Shown here piece after piece: positions 28,802-37,258 of a stretch of DNA of 53,322 bases. The stretch comes from a bacterium. GTDB lineage: Bacteria; SM23-31; JAUVVT01. The position numbers were made by a program, and so were the translations under genes. Each line of letters opens with the position of its first letter. Position 1 is the stretch's first letter. Under the pieces are notes generated by a model. It was not told the origin of the DNA. It was given only the letters and a program-made list of their open reading frames with translations, and did no database searches. Location: positions 1 through 53,322 of the forward strand of contig JAUWXV010000002.1 of NCBI GenBank assembly GCA_030616165.1, written 5' to 3'.

Positions 28802-30010
28802 TTAATCTTCATATCTTGGTTTTACCGATTTTTGCGTTAACGCATCAAGCCCATAATAGATGGCATTCTCGATAATTATCCTTTCCGAATCGTCAGACGC
28901 ATTTGCCACGAGAGAACTTAACTCCTTAACGAATTTACTTTCAGTAGTATCTGCAGTATCAGGAATTTCAATGTATTTCTGAATATCATAATCTGGTTGA
29001 ACATCACTTTTATCGAATGTTATGTGAAAATAATCATCTTTTAAAAAATTTCCTGGAATTTCGATAATATTTCCCGGCGGGAATCTCCCAATTAATCTAA
29101 CGTAAACTATGTCGTTCTTATTCACTGTTTTCACTTTAACCTTTTCCTTAATTGCATTCAAAACCGCCTCGTTGTGATTCAAACCGGTGCAGTTAATAGA
29201 TATTTCATATATAGTTCTGTGGTCAATTTTTCTTTTTTCTATTTCGACTTTTCTATTTTCATAAATTTTCCCGATAATTATAAACTTTTCTCCACATTCT
29301 CTAAGATTTCTTCCCATCGGGCATCCCGCATAGGCGCCTCTTACATTTCCATCTGCATCCGTAACTTTAGAATATGAATGATAATGTCCGATTGCAGAAT
29401 AATCAAAACCAAGTTTAATAAGTTCTTCATCTGAAAAAGGAAGTGTTACTTTCTTATCTGGTGGACAGTATCCATCACGCGAACCATGAAAAACCAGGAT
29501 ATTTATGCTGTCTTTTCTTCTTGGAATATTACCTACCAGAAATCGTTCATCAAATGGGCGATTTTCAGAATGTGATATACCAGTAACAGATATACCCCTA
29601 CAATATGGCAAATCTATTGATTCAAAGGTATGATGTTTAAAAATTATTACATTATTAGACCAAACACTCTGCCTCTTCTCTGTCAGGAAATCAGGATTAT
29701 ACATACTGCTCGGCGAATAAAAATCATGATTGCCGGGAGTGATTATTATCGGTATTGGAGAAATACTTGAAAATTTATCTATCAAAAAATTTGTCGTATC
29801 CGCAGTGGAAGATTCAAAGTCTATCAAGTCTCCGGGAATTAAAACAATATCAATATCTTCATCCTTTACCATCTTGCAAATATTCGATATTATACCCTTA
29901 TGCTCCTCTTTTCTGATTTTGAGTTTGTCTGGGGGAAAATTCAACCTTGCAGAAAAACTTGAATCAAGATGAACATCAGAAACCTGTAAAAATTTTAAAA
30001 CATGAATCAT
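28802..30010 (-). CDS. Calcineurin-like metallophosphoesterase, Mre11/SbcD/YhaO-like nuclease subunit
   Basis: All phosphoesterase motifs are present in order: SDVHLD, PGDLID, GNHD, VFHG and GHYH. Confidence 0.8.
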   Translation of the reverse strand: MIHVLKFLQVSDVHLDSSFSARLNFPPDKLKIRKEEHKGIISNICKMVKDEDIDIVLIPGDLIDFESSTADTTNFLIDKFSSISPIPIIITPGNHDFYSPSSMYNPDFLTEKRQSVWSNNVIIFKHHTFESIDLPYCRGISVTGISHSENRPFDERFLVGNIPRRKDSINILVFHGSRDGYCPPDKKVTLPFSDEELIKLGFDYSAIGHYHSYSKVTDADGNVRGAYAGCPMGRNLRECGEKFIIIGKIYENRKVEIEKRKIDHRTIYEISINCTGLNHNEAVLNAIKEKVKVKTVNKNDIVYVRLIGRFPPGNIIEIPGNFLKDDYFHITFDKSDVQPDYDIQKYIEIPDTADTTESKFVKELSSLVANASDDSERIIIENAIYYGLDALTQKSVKPRYED

Positions 30011-30091
30011 AATGATTTACCTGAGATCTATTATCTCCAAAATGTATTAAAAATGGCTAAAACATTAATCATAAAAAAGAAACGTAAAAAT

Positions 30092-30122
30092 TTTTCACTC
30101 ATTGCAAAGCAATGAGTGAAAA
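30092..30122 (-). terminator. Strong 14-bp hairpin with T-rich trail between the helicase-nuclease and phosphoesterase genes
   Basis: TTTTCACTCATTGC-AAA-GCAATGAGTGAAAA. On the minus strand it is followed by ATTTTTACGTTTCTTTTTT. Confidence 0.55.
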
Positions 30123-30142
30123 ATAATTATAAAGTTTCTTTG

Positions 30143-30168
30143 CCTACTTTCTTTTCAAAGAAAGTAGG
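30143..30168. repeat. Family C palindrome CCTACTTTCTTTTCAAAGAAAGTAGG overlapping the 3' end of the helicase-nuclease gene
   Basis: A 12-bp stem. On the minus strand it encodes the last residues ...LLSLKRK and the TAG stop of ORF 30144-33305. Confidence 0.85.
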
Positions 30169-33100
30169 TTTTCTTTACAAAGTCCCGTTAATCCACCAAA
30201 TTCGCAATTCCAGCAGTCTCTATCCTTATGAAGTGCTTCATAGATATTAAAATTTTCCTCAATAATACCATTTGCAGTCGATAAAACAAACTCCTTTATA
30301 TTTGGATTTCTTTTAACTTGATGCACTGTTTCTTCTTCAAGAAAATATATCTTCAATATCGGATTTTCAACATCCTCAAAGACACCTTCACTAACTGCAA
30401 GGTCATATATCTGCATCTGCATTTCATCGTCCTGCAAATTTTTTGTAGTCCCCTTTAAACCGGTTTTATAGTCTGCTATCTCCCAGATACCATTTTTCTT
30501 GTCAATTCTATCTATGAATCCCTTGATATGTATGTCGTAGTCCCTATAATCACAGTACCATAAATTAAACTCCTTTTCTGTGTAAATTGGCTGGGATTTA
30601 TCGAGTCCAAACTTTTTAAAATTAATAAATATTTTCTCTCCACGTTCTTTATACCCTTCTTCATAATTCTTTCCACTGACTCCATATCCAATTATCAATC
30701 TTTTTAATGATTCAGGATGGTCTTCTATGTTATAATAATTTTCTAAAATTTTATGCACACAGATACCAAATATTAATCTGCTGTATTTATCCTCTGAGTC
30801 TTTTGCATCAATCTTTTCGGTCTCTTTTTCTAATAGTGATAACCTGTAAACAGGAAATTTATACTCATAAATGTACTTATATTTTAACGGACAATTTTTA
30901 TATTCCTTCATCATCGAAAAATCCAACTTCATTATCTTTTTCTTTGGTGATATTTTTGTTTTTTCTTGCTTTTGTGAGTATGTTTTCAATAATTTTTCAA
31001 CCCTATTTTCCAAATCGACTCTATCTGAAATCTTTTCTTTGGCTGCCAATCTGTTTATCCCTATTTCACTCATCTTTACTTCGAGAACTTTATCAGCGTA
31101 TTTTTTATCGCCAAACTCATTGAGCATCTTTTTATAATAACTGGAGAGTTTCCCTTTTGATTGGGTTGCAGTTAAAAAGAGCATCTCTTTTGCTCTTGTT
31201 GTTGCAACATATTTTAATCTTATTTCTTCATTTTTTCTTTTTCCCTCCAATCTCAATCTCTCTTTTGCCTTGATATATTTTTCTGTTTTATCACTTCTGC
31301 TCCCAAGAATATCATCTTTATATTTTAAAACAAGCCCATAGCCAGAAAATTCTCCTTTTGAATTTTCCTTTTCTATATCAAGTAAAATCCTTGATTCATC
31401 TCTGAAATATCCATCCCTGATATCGCAAAAAAATACATAGTCAAACTCAAGTCCCTTCGCTTTGTGAATGGTTAAAAAAACCACCCTCTCCTTGTCAGTC
31501 TCTTCCGGTATTTCATCCTCTCCTCTTTCATCTTCAATTTTAAGTTCTAAATATTTCACAAAATCTGAAATAGAAGAATTTTCGTATTTTTTCTCGAACA
31601 ATTGACTCATTAAATAAATATTCTTAAGAATGTTTATTCTATTTCTAATAAAACTGTAATCACCCGAATAAATCATCTTAAAATACTTACTCTCATCAAG
31701 CAGGGTATAAATCAGGTTTGCCAGAGGAAGTTTATCCTTTTTTAAACTAAAATTTCTAAACAAATTATCCAAATTTGCTATTTTTTTCTTTGTATATCCG
31801 CTAATCTCTTTATTATTCAATATATTTTCAAAAATCAAAAAGATATTTACAAATTCTTCTTTCCTCCTATACCTTTCTTTCAATTCCTTAATAATACTGC
31901 CGATTTTCATCATTGCATCGAGATTTAAAGGATAAGGTGCATTCTCTAATATTCTTATAAGAGATGGAATATCGAAGGGATTCTCAAGAATTTTAAGGTA
32001 GGCAATAACATCCTTAATCTCTTCCCTGTCAAAGTAACCTCCTCCTATTGAACAGAAAGATATACCCTTTTCACGAAATACCTCCTCAAAAATTCTGGGA
32101 TACGTTTTCGACCTGAATAATACCGCAATATTATTTAAAGATATACCTTCTTTACTCAATTTTATAATCTCATTTGCAACAAATTCCGCTTCATTCTTTC
32201 TATTGTCGGAATAAAACATTTTTACTGCGACCTCACCCTTATATCCTTTTTTATCATTTTTTATTTCCAGAAATTTTCTTTTCTCGGAGAAATATGGGTC
32301 TTGAAATATGGTGAAATTTGCCAAATCCAATATTTCGTTATAAGAGCGGTGGTTTTCTTTAAGGAATCTTTCTTCTCCCGGAAATACTCTAATATTTTCG
32401 ATTTCAGCATCTCTCCATCCAAAAATAGACTGTTTATCATCGCCAACTACTGTTACATTTTTGAAATTGTCTTCTGATAAAAGTTTTAAAATCTCAAACT
32501 GACCGTAACTCGTATCCTGCATCTCGTCAATTAATATGTATCTGAATTTTTTTCGATATTTCTCTGCTACGACAGGATTATCTTTCAATAAATAATATGC
32601 CTTCAGTAAAATATCGCTGAAATCCAGAACCTTTTTCTCAACAATTTTTCTTCTATAATTGTTGTATAGTCTCGAATACAATTCTGCATATTCTAATTCG
32701 GTTTCATAATTGCTATCTTCTTTAAATTCTTCTTTATATTGTTCAATCTTTTTAAAAATAATCTTTTTAAAATAGATTTCATCAAGTAATTTTATCTTCG
32801 CTTTCTCTATAATCTCAAATCCACTTAATAAAATTCTCCTTATATCTGTCAGATTAATATTTTTCAAATTCAATATAAAATCCTTATCAGTCTTCGTTAT
32901 CATTTCATCTATGATTTCGTCCCTCAATATTCTTCTATCGGTATTATCCATAATTTTAAATTCACTGTCGATGCCACTTAAATAAGTATTTTCAAATATC
33001 AGTCTAAGCCAGAACGAGTCGAAAGTATATATGTTTGCCTTTAACATCTGATAATCATTGTCAATGACTTCTGAAACCTTTTTCTTTAAATTGAATGCAG

Positions 33101-33305
33101 CCTTCTTGGTAAAGGTCAAGGCAAGTATATTTTCAGGATTTATATTTTTTTCTAAGACTAAATGCAGGTATCTATATGACAGGACAGTAGTCTTCCCGGT
33201 TCCTGCACCAGCAACAATCTTCAGCGCCTTATCAATCGGGAATTTCACCGCATCTATTTGCGCCGGTGTAAATTCGGAATATATATCTCTTGAATTTTCT
33301 GCCAT
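30144..33305 (-). CDS. UvrD/PcrA-type helicase fused to a RecB-family (PD-D/ExK) nuclease with 4 Cys; AddA/AdnB-like
   Basis: Helicase motifs: GAGTGKT, ILIDEMQDTS, VVGDDKQSIFGWRDA, ENHRS, TIHKAKGLEFDYVF and YVATTRAKEMLFL. Nuclease motifs: NCPLKY, VHKILE, IDRIDKKNGIWEIADYKTG, QMQIYD and CWNCEFGGLTGLC. Confidence 0.8.
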   Translation of the reverse strand: MAENSRDIYSEFTPAQIDAVKFPIDKALKIVAGAGTGKTTVLSYRYLHLVLEKNINPENILALTFTKKAAFNLKKKVSEVIDNDYQMLKANIYTFDSFWLRLIFENTYLSGIDSEFKIMDNTDRRILRDEIIDEMITKTDKDFILNLKNINLTDIRRILLSGFEIIEKAKIKLLDEIYFKKIIFKKIEQYKEEFKEDSNYETELEYAELYSRLYNNYRRKIVEKKVLDFSDILLKAYYLLKDNPVVAEKYRKKFRYILIDEMQDTSYGQFEILKLLSEDNFKNVTVVGDDKQSIFGWRDAEIENIRVFPGEERFLKENHRSYNEILDLANFTIFQDPYFSEKRKFLEIKNDKKGYKGEVAVKMFYSDNRKNEAEFVANEIIKLSKEGISLNNIAVLFRSKTYPRIFEEVFREKGISFCSIGGGYFDREEIKDVIAYLKILENPFDIPSLIRILENAPYPLNLDAMMKIGSIIKELKERYRRKEEFVNIFLIFENILNNKEISGYTKKKIANLDNLFRNFSLKKDKLPLANLIYTLLDESKYFKMIYSGDYSFIRNRINILKNIYLMSQLFEKKYENSSISDFVKYLELKIEDERGEDEIPEETDKERVVFLTIHKAKGLEFDYVFFCDIRDGYFRDESRILLDIEKENSKGEFSGYGLVLKYKDDILGSRSDKTEKYIKAKERLRLEGKRKNEEIRLKYVATTRAKEMLFLTATQSKGKLSSYYKKMLNEFGDKKYADKVLEVKMSEIGINRLAAKEKISDRVDLENRVEKLLKTYSQKQEKTKISPKKKIMKLDFSMMKEYKNCPLKYKYIYEYKFPVYRLSLLEKETEKIDAKDSEDKYSRLIFGICVHKILENYYNIEDHPESLKRLIIGYGVSGKNYEEGYKERGEKIFINFKKFGLDKSQPIYTEKEFNLWYCDYRDYDIHIKGFIDRIDKKNGIWEIADYKTGLKGTTKNLQDDEMQMQIYDLAVSEGVFEDVENPILKIYFLEEETVHQVKRNPNIKEFVLSTANGIIEENFNIYEALHKDRDCWNCEFGGLTGLCKENLLSLKRK

Positions 33306-33323
33306 TTTAAAAATATAGTAATT

Positions 33324-36300
33324 CTATAACTGTGATTGGTTGCATATTTTCAGGTATTCGCATTTGTAACCACGATAAGGTTTACATTCTGTATCCTTAC
33401 CCCTATCGAAATCAGGTCTTTCCTTTGCAATCTCATCAAGAATAGAGACTAACCTTGATTTTACCTGTTCCATCATCTCCGGACTAACATGTTTTATTCT
33501 TCCTTTAACATCAAGATTCATTATAGGAATTTCAACCTTTTCGCATTCTCGCTTCTTGTCAAAATCGAAGAATATATATGTAAAAAAGGACGGATTAATG
33601 CCAAGAGAATCTTTTGCACCGTAGTAATATACAGGCATCTGAAAATCTTTATCATATTTATAAAACAGGTTTATCAGTTTATTCTCTTTACCCTCACCGC
33701 TCTTTTTATAGTCAATTATCTCATAACCGTCTTCTCTCTTGTCGATTCTGTCAATCTTTCCTGAAATTATATATCTATTATTTAGAAAGAATTTAAAATC
33801 CTTTTCAGTTTCATAGACATCTTTACAATATTTTCCATATTTATTTATATAATCAAGAATTCTCCCGGTAACATATTTTTTCCATATAATCTCGTAAAAT
33901 TCGCTTTCAAATTCACCTTTATATCTTTCCCAGACATCATTTAATATTTCTTTAAAAAGGTTTTCATCAATTTGTGGATATTTTTTCTGATTATGAAGAT
34001 TACGCACAATCTCGTGTTCAATGCTTCCTATAGTCAGATGGATACTCTTAGCGCCCATTATATCTAATATTCTTGAATAATAGAATTTTCTTGGGCATTC
34101 CAGATAACTTTTTATTGATGTATGACTGTATATAAAGTCAGTACCGATATTCCTGCTAACAGGTGATTCTGGTAAACAGGGATTTTCCAATAATAAATAA
34201 GTTTTATCCAAATACCCCAATTTATATTTATCAAGCATATTTGAAAATTTCTCTTTATCAAGTCCATATCTAATAAATCTTTTTAAGACAATCTCCAATT
34301 CTTCTTTTGAAGTTATGTGTGCATTTACTTCTTGGTCATATACCTCCAATTTTGTAACCTTTTCAAAAAAATCAGAATATCCGTTTTCTTCATAAATCAC
34401 CGAATGACCATTGACTTTAATCTTTTCGCAATTTTCTCTGGTAATTTCTCTTCCGCCGAATATATTTTTCAAAAATATTGAAGGTCTGACTTCTTCGACT
34501 GCCGGTATATTATTCGGGAAGGAAAGAAAAACTCTTTCTCTTGCTCTGGTCAGGGCTGTAAGAAATAAATTTTTTTCTCTTTTTATGTGTTCATTAAAAT
34601 CCACTGCATTTGTAAAATATAATTCAATATTCTTAAGTCTTTTGAATCTTTTCTGGAAATCATTAATATCTTTAACATAAAAAAATCTTTCGCCAGAAAA
34701 ATCAGCAGGAAAATTATTTTCTGTTAATAATGGAATAAAAACAACGGAAAATTCCCTTCCCCTCGACCGATGTATCGATGTTATTTTCACGCTGTCTGAC
34801 TCTTTCTCTCTAATTCCCAAATTGTCAAAAAGATTTTGTTTATTTTCTTCAAAAAAATTAAGAAAATTCTTTAAACTTACTTCCCATTTCATTGTGGATG
34901 AAATTTCATAGTAATCAATGGTAATATCAATGAACCTTTTCAATACAGGATATTTATCATCTTCAAATAAATCATATAGAAAAACACCATAGATAGCTTT
35001 TAAAATAAATTCGGGAAGGGATAGTTTTTGTGAAAATCTTTGTAATAAATCAAACCTGTTAATAAATGATTTGACTTTATCAATTAGTCTTTCATTTTCA
35101 AAATTGATAATATTCGAATCGATATTTTTCATAACATCATAGATGCCTCTCTTCCCCCTTTTAGACGCATCTAATAGGGACTGCAATTCAATTGGACTGA
35201 ATCCCGAAAAGGAGTTCGACAATAATTTTTTAAACACTTTGTCATCGTATTGATTGTCTAAAAGTCTTAAATACACCAAAAGATAATTCAATTCTTTAAA
35301 ACAGGAAATATTTACAGAACCCTCTGTTTGATTGGGAATTTTCAAATAATCCAAAACCTGCTTGTAAATAGACCCATACTTATTAACGTTTCTAAGTAAT
35401 ATTGCAAAATCTGAGTATGTGAATCCTTCATTGGTATCTGAATCATAACTGATGCTTTTCGTTTCTGAACTGATAATCTTTTTTATCTTTTTCCCAATAT
35501 AGAACGCCTCATCTATTATACTTCTTTCAAGAGCGATAGTAAAAAGACTATTTGGACAATTATAAATAGACCTCGGAATCTTCATAAAATCATGCGTTCC
35601 AAAATCATAAATTTTATCAACAGCATCCAATATCTGATTATCTGACCTGTAATTAGTCTCAAGATAAACAGTCTTGGTATTTGGAAAATCTTTCAGAAAC
35701 CTCTCCATTACATTCTTTGTCTGTTCTCCTCTAAATCCGAATAAAGCCTGTTTTTCATCACCTGTAATAAAAATTTTATCTAATTTATCTGTCAGGACTT
35801 TTATAAGTCTGTATTGTAATGGATTGATATCTAAAAAATCATCGACAATAATCTTCTTAAACCTATTTATATATGATTTAGATTTCTCGGTATCCTCAAA
35901 AAACTCTATGGTCTTTAAAATTGCATCCTCAAAATCAAGATATTCATATTTTTTTAATATCTCAGAATAGGTTTTATATATATTCTTTGCATCAAGAAAC
36001 CGCACTTCAAATTTACCTGCATTTATTACATTTTCAAACTCCTGAACTGAAATTCTATTCTGTTTCAAAAATCTGATAAATTCAGAAATCTCACGTTTAA
36101 TATCTATGAATTTCCATCTATATCCTTTTGGTCTTATATTCTTTACTATTTCATCTATTATAGTATTTCTTTTAAAATCGCTCAGTATTCTAAAATTCGG
36201 ATACATTCCTTCTATCAGGTTCCAATTTTTTTTCAGTATTTTCAAACAGAAGGAAATGATTGAATTAACATAGTTTTCAGAATAATTTTTTCTGACCAGT

Positions 36301-36539
36301 TTATAAATGTTTCTTTCTATCTGCTCTTCAGAATTTGAAATACCGCAAAATATGAGTACTTCATCACTTTTATAATCATACTCAAGCATAAGATATGCAG
36401 CATGACAACAAACAACTCTGGTTTTTCCTGTTCCTGAACCGCCGGAAACAAATATATAATTATCCTTTGATTTTACAGCATCTTTTTGACTTTGATCAAG
36501 GTCGTTAAATACTACATAAAAATTTTCTTTATCCTTCAT
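33324..36539 (-). CDS. Second UvrD-like helicase / RecB-family 4-Cys nuclease subunit; AddB/AdnA-like
   Basis: Helicase motifs: GGSGTGKT, a variant motif II IIVDDFLD, ITGDEKQALFGFRGE, TNYRS, SIHRSRGREFSVVF and LTALTRARERVFLS. Nuclease motifs: ECPRKFYY, GSIEHE, IDRIDKREDGYEIIDYKKSG, FQMPVYYY and ECKPYRGYKCEYLKIC. Confidence 0.75.
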   Translation of the reverse strand: MKDKENFYVVFNDLDQSQKDAVKSKDNYIFVSGGSGTGKTRVVCCHAAYLMLEYDYKSDEVLIFCGISNSEEQIERNIYKLVRKNYSENYVNSIISFCLKILKKNWNLIEGMYPNFRILSDFKRNTIIDEIVKNIRPKGYRWKFIDIKREISEFIRFLKQNRISVQEFENVINAGKFEVRFLDAKNIYKTYSEILKKYEYLDFEDAILKTIEFFEDTEKSKSYINRFKKIIVDDFLDINPLQYRLIKVLTDKLDKIFITGDEKQALFGFRGEQTKNVMERFLKDFPNTKTVYLETNYRSDNQILDAVDKIYDFGTHDFMKIPRSIYNCPNSLFTIALERSIIDEAFYIGKKIKKIISSETKSISYDSDTNEGFTYSDFAILLRNVNKYGSIYKQVLDYLKIPNQTEGSVNISCFKELNYLLVYLRLLDNQYDDKVFKKLLSNSFSGFSPIELQSLLDASKRGKRGIYDVMKNIDSNIINFENERLIDKVKSFINRFDLLQRFSQKLSLPEFILKAIYGVFLYDLFEDDKYPVLKRFIDITIDYYEISSTMKWEVSLKNFLNFFEENKQNLFDNLGIREKESDSVKITSIHRSRGREFSVVFIPLLTENNFPADFSGERFFYVKDINDFQKRFKRLKNIELYFTNAVDFNEHIKREKNLFLTALTRARERVFLSFPNNIPAVEEVRPSIFLKNIFGGREITRENCEKIKVNGHSVIYEENGYSDFFEKVTKLEVYDQEVNAHITSKEELEIVLKRFIRYGLDKEKFSNMLDKYKLGYLDKTYLLLENPCLPESPVSRNIGTDFIYSHTSIKSYLECPRKFYYSRILDIMGAKSIHLTIGSIEHEIVRNLHNQKKYPQIDENLFKEILNDVWERYKGEFESEFYEIIWKKYVTGRILDYINKYGKYCKDVYETEKDFKFFLNNRYIISGKIDRIDKREDGYEIIDYKKSGEGKENKLINLFYKYDKDFQMPVYYYGAKDSLGINPSFFTYIFFDFDKKRECEKVEIPIMNLDVKGRIKHVSPEMMEQVKSRLVSILDEIAKERPDFDRGKDTECKPYRGYKCEYLKICNQSQL

Positions 36540-37110
36540 ACTTATACATTTTTTTCTTTAATATATTTCCAATTAATATTATTAAAATTCCCACTAATGA
36601 AGAAATTATTATTTCCATTATCACAGGAAAAAAGTTGTAGTATCTGAATACGGTTTGATAGTTGAGATATCCATCCTTAAATAATGCGCCAGAAAATAGG
36701 ACGATAGATGACCTGAACAGGCTGAAACTGAAAGGAAAAAATATTGGTAAACCGAAGCCGTTTATTTCTCCAGTATCAATTGTAAAAAGGTCGAGAATTA
36801 TATGAAAGAGATATAAAGCAGTAAATAGAAAAGCACGGGATAGAAAAAATCTCTTTTTGAACAAAAATGTTAATAAAGAAAACAAAAGTGCGAAGACTAT
36901 TCCGGAAACGAACGAATGTGTTATACCATGATGGTATTTACTCGGTAAACCGACAAAAATTCCTGGTATTATATCAAAATCGGGGACAGCAGAAACAAAA
37001 ATTATCAAAAAATAACTCAAAAAATTATTTTTAAAAATATTTTTAACACCCTTTTCAAAATTTGAAGCTATAGACAACCCAACTATACTGTGAGCAATCG
37101 GTGAAGGCAT
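36529..37110 (-). CDS. YdjM/DUF457-like membrane-bound metal-dependent hydrolase
   Basis: It starts MPSPIAHSIVGLSIAS at the ATG at 37110 and has HHGITHS and several TM helices. Its stop overlaps the next gene's ATG by 11 nt. The longer track ORF (to 37173) reads through a REP element. Confidence 0.6.
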   Translation of the reverse strand: MPSPIAHSIVGLSIASNFEKGVKNIFKNNFLSYFLIIFVSAVPDFDIIPGIFVGLPSKYHHGITHSFVSGIVFALLFSLLTFLFKKRFFLSRAFLFTALYLFHIILDLFTIDTGEINGFGLPIFFPFSFSLFRSSIVLFSGALFKDGYLNYQTVFRYYNFFPVIMEIIISSLVGILIILIGNILKKKMYKYEG

Positions 37111-37159
37111 AAACTTATACTTATAATGATTAAATATATAACTGAACTTCGGTAAATTA

Positions 37160-37223
37160 GGTAGGACAGGCATTCATGCCTGTCCATCCATTATTATGGT
37201 CAGACAAGAATGGCTGACCTACC
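37160..37223. repeat. Inverted doublet of family A REP-like elements
   Basis: GGTAGGACAGGCATTCATGCCTGTCC lies at 37160-37185 on the plus strand. GGTAGGTCAGCCATTCTTGTCTGACC is read on the minus strand at 37223-37198. A 12-nt spacer separates them. Confidence 0.85.
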
Positions 37224-37258
37224 GTCTAATTTAATAATTAAATAAAAAAACTGTTTTG

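Noticed and set aside
25854-36539. Assigning the helicase / ATPase / nuclease genes to a named defence system (Gabija, Lamassu, Wadjet, Hachiman).
   Set aside because: The domain orders do not fit what I know of those systems. There is no TOPRIM-OLD GajA, no JetABCD set and no LmuA-type effector. The AddAB/AdnAB plus YhaON resemblance is more parsimonious, so I report it only as an unusual repair-like module.
37111-37173. A 21-codon N-terminal extension of the YdjM-like ORF (MPVLPNLPKFSYIFNHYKYKF).
   Set aside because: The extension starts inside a family A REP element. The ATG at 37110 gives the MPSPIAHS N-terminus expected for this family.
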